This document shows, one piece after another, positions 40,518-42,203 of a stretch of DNA of 42,203 nucleotides (its first letter is position 1; each line of letters opens with the position of its first letter). The translations under genes were made by a program, and so were the position numbers. The DNA is taken from IMG/VR virus record IMGVR_UViG_3300012837_000001, one strand, 5' to 3'. The notes under the pieces were generated by a model that worked only from the letters and a program-made list of their open reading frames with translations, searched no databases and was not told the DNA's origin. The DNA is from a virus.

Positions 40518-41104
40518 ACGCTGAAACAAGGGCGAAGGTTGGCCCCGCTCCTAAGCAGAACGTCCCCCGCTATCCCAGCGGGCAGATCGTCCATTCCTAC
40601 CGCGGACCCAAAGCGGAGAAGCCGGAGAAGATCATGGCCGTCGTCCTCGCCCAGCCCCATCGTCGCGGCAACGCCTCGCAATATGCCGGATACGCCTTTG
40701 GCAGGCTCTTCATCGGCGGCCAGATCGATCAGCGCCAGCACCAGGCAGCCGAGATCTACATGACCCGAACCATCCGCCACATGAAGCACATCACCGGCAC
40801 GCTGCCGCGATTTCAGAGCGTGCTCGCCAACATGGTGAAGCTCGATCTCGAACAGCAGCGCGATCCTGTCCCGGTAGACAGCCGCATCGCAGACGAGATC
40901 ATGCAGACCGAGGACGAGCGCATCGCCAGCATCCGCTCCGACTATGGCGAGTTGCAGGACGCATTGGCAGACGCCGGCGTGCTCTACGACGGCAACCGCA
41001 TCCTCACCCGCGTCTGCGTCAGCGACCGCGATCCTACGAACGATGCCGAGCTTGGCGCGTTTCGCTGCGCCGTGAACGTCATCGCCAATCGGTTGCGGCT
41101 GTGA
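40514..41104 (+). CDS. Hypothetical protein, last early-right gene (candidate late-gene regulator, by position only)
   Basis: 196-aa ORF immediately upstream of the terminator-containing late leader. Confidence 0.55.
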   Translation: MNAETRAKVGPAPKQNVPRYPSGQIVHSYRGPKAEKPEKIMAVVLAQPHRRGNASQYAGYAFGRLFIGGQIDQRQHQAAEIYMTRTIRHMKHITGTLPRFQSVLANMVKLDLEQQRDPVPVDSRIADEIMQTEDERIASIRSDYGELQDALADAGVLYDGNRILTRVCVSDRDPTNDAELGAFRCAVNVIANRLRL

Positions 41105-41171
41105 ATGCCGAATGGCGACTCTTGACGGCCGCCCTGCCATCTGGCACTACTGATTTTCAGATTGGTTTTTC

Positions 41172-41206
41172 GCGCCCGGTTCAGAGATGGCCGGGCGCTT
41201 TTGATT
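41172..41206 (+). terminator. Rho-independent terminator 1 in the late leader
   Basis: GCGCCCGG-ttcagagatgg-CCGGGCGC followed by TTTTGATT. Confidence 0.7.
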
Positions 41207-41479
41207 CGACGAGCGGCGCTGAAGGAAGCGCGGAAGGCAAACCGAGGGTGGTTACGATCAGCTTCATCGCTGATGGCCGGCCCTCCGCCAGCAGGGATCC
41301 GAATGGTGTAACTCCTGCGGTCGCGCAAGCGGCTGGGCGCCGTAGAGCGTACAGCGGAGAAACCTCAAGCCGGTATCAAGCCCGGCCTCGTCGATACAGT
41401 TCGTGCGAAATACCTGATTGGTCGTCAGGGAGCGCTGCTGACCACAGCGCAAGGTGGCAACAGCCGCACGATCCTTCCC

Positions 41480-41512
41480 GCCCGGAGCCCCAAAGGCTGC
41501 CGGGCTTTTTCG
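41480..41512 (+). terminator. Rho-independent terminator 2, 12 nt upstream of the GIY-YIG gene
   Basis: GCCCGG-AGCC-ccaaa-GGCT-g-CCGGGC followed by TTTTTCG. Confidence 0.75.
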
Positions 41513-41523
41513 TAGGGTGACGG

Positions 41524-42093
41524 ATGTCGCGCTTCTACGTCTACGAGCTGATAGATCCTCGCACTAGCGAAGCGTTCTACGTCGGCAAGGGCCAGAAGCG
41601 TCGCATGCACCATCATGAGGCTGATGCGGCTAAGGGCACCCACTCTCGCAAGTGCGAGCGAATCCGAGATATTTGGGCCTCCGGTAAGGCCGTTGAGCAT
41701 CGCATAGTCTCCAGGCATGACGATGAGAACGAAGCCCTCCAAGCCGAGTTCGACCTGATCGCGTCATACGGGCTTCAGGCTCTGACCAATGTGATGCCCG
41801 GCGGCGTCATGGGTGCTCAAGTTTATCTTCGGCATTTGGCAGAGGCTCAAGAGCGGCGGGCGGCGCGAGATAAGGCCGGCCTCGGCAAGAGCTTCACTCA
41901 GATCGCGCCGCAAATGGCGATGGTCCTGAAGGCTAAAGCGTCCGGCAATCAAGTCGGGGCTTGGGTTGGAGGCCGCTGGCTCGATTTCACTGGCGCCTTC
42001 TACGCGCTGTTCGAAACCATGATCGACACCCTTGGGCAAGAGTTCGTGGCGAGTGCGCTCGCCCCCTATGGGGTCACATTCAAAGAGGCCTGA
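41524..42093 (+). CDS. GIY-YIG nuclease domain protein immediately upstream of the terminase genes
   Basis: MSRFYVYELIDPRTSEAFYVGKGQKRRMHHHE...ENEALQAEFDLIASYG carries the GIY-(x10)-YIG, Arg and Glu pattern. Its last 13 nt lie within the terminal repeat. Confidence 0.75.
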   Translation: MSRFYVYELIDPRTSEAFYVGKGQKRRMHHHEADAAKGTHSRKCERIRDIWASGKAVEHRIVSRHDDENEALQAEFDLIASYGLQALTNVMPGGVMGAQVYLRHLAEAQERRAARDKAGLGKSFTQIAPQMAMVLKAKASGNQVGAWVGGRWLDFTGAFYALFETMIDTLGQEFVASALAPYGVTFKEA

Positions 42094-42203
42094 CATGGCC
42101 GCTCGTAAGCAGCTCTGGCACCCTGATGCGGTGCGCGAAAAAATCCAGGCAAGTCAGCTCATCAACCGCCTGACGAAGCACGCGCTTTCCGACAAGCCAA
42201 TAA
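42081..42203. repeat. Direct terminal repeat, copy 2. It contains the last 13 nt of the GIY-YIG gene and a truncated second copy of the ORF that starts at 15.
   Basis: Exact identity to 1-123, read by eye. Confidence 0.95.

Noticed and set aside
41101-41520. 139-aa GTG-initiated ORF covering the late leader.
   Set aside because: Its composition is Arg/Ser/Pro/Gly-rich and not protein-like. It has no RBS and it spans two intrinsic terminators and several hairpins. It is better explained as a structured non-coding leader.
1-42203. CRISPR arrays, rRNA or complete tRNA genes.
   Set aside because: No regularly spaced direct repeats with unique spacers were seen, and no rRNA-like or cloverleaf-compatible segments. 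The only multi-copy repeat family is irregularly spaced and tied to gene junctions.

Overview
The window is one complete, GC-rich temperate phage genome. Bases 1-123 are repeated exactly at 42081-42203, so the true unit is 42,080 bp, either circularly closed or terminally redundant. The gene content suggests a podovirus-like phage of an alphaproteobacterium: a GapR/DUF2312 protein, a GcrA-like domain, a GTA-type 3-TM holin and a P4-type integrase.

Layout:
- **Plus-strand late block (15-22340):** small and large terminase, portal, scaffold, major capsid, tail and internal-virion proteins, tail fibre and tailspike, then a lysis cassette.
- **Minus-strand operon (26369 down to 22441):** nine tightly coupled genes of unknown function, lying next to the attP region.
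- **Integration module:** attP region (26370-26661), tyrosine integrase (26662-27891) and a convergent AlpA-type excisionase.
- **Minus-strand early-left operon (33472 down to 27888):** a recombination module (Gp157-like, Rad52-like, NinB-like), two HNH nucleases, small membrane peptides and a classical AAA+ ATPase.
- **Genetic switch:** a lambda-like arrangement with a short XRE repressor (33771-34157), a Cro-like gene (34251-34454) and GTTCGC-N5-GCGAAC operators on both sides of the repressor.
- **Plus-strand early-right operon (34251-41104):** GapR-like protein, HNH-AP2, T5orf172, a GcrA/DnaA-domain-IV fusion, a PD-(D/E)XK nuclease and a replication organiser carrying an internal ori-like iteron cluster.
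- **Late leader (41105-41523):** structured, with two terminators, followed by a GIY-YIG gene and the terminase genes.

The most unusual signal is a conserved 30-45-nt gene-junction element, GGTTCTGGC-N8-9-CT[A/C]GCGGATGCCA-N10-20-CCCC, present in 8 clear copies plus 1-2 degenerate ones. It occurs only in the non-structural half of the genome and on both strands, and it almost always sits at a gene's 3-prime end, immediately before the next start codon.

Other points of interest are the AAA+/mini-ORF/AlpA module, an opposite-strand pair of membrane genes inside the tail module, and several sub-60-aa ORFs missing from the supplied track. All functional calls rest on motifs read by eye; no database search was run.
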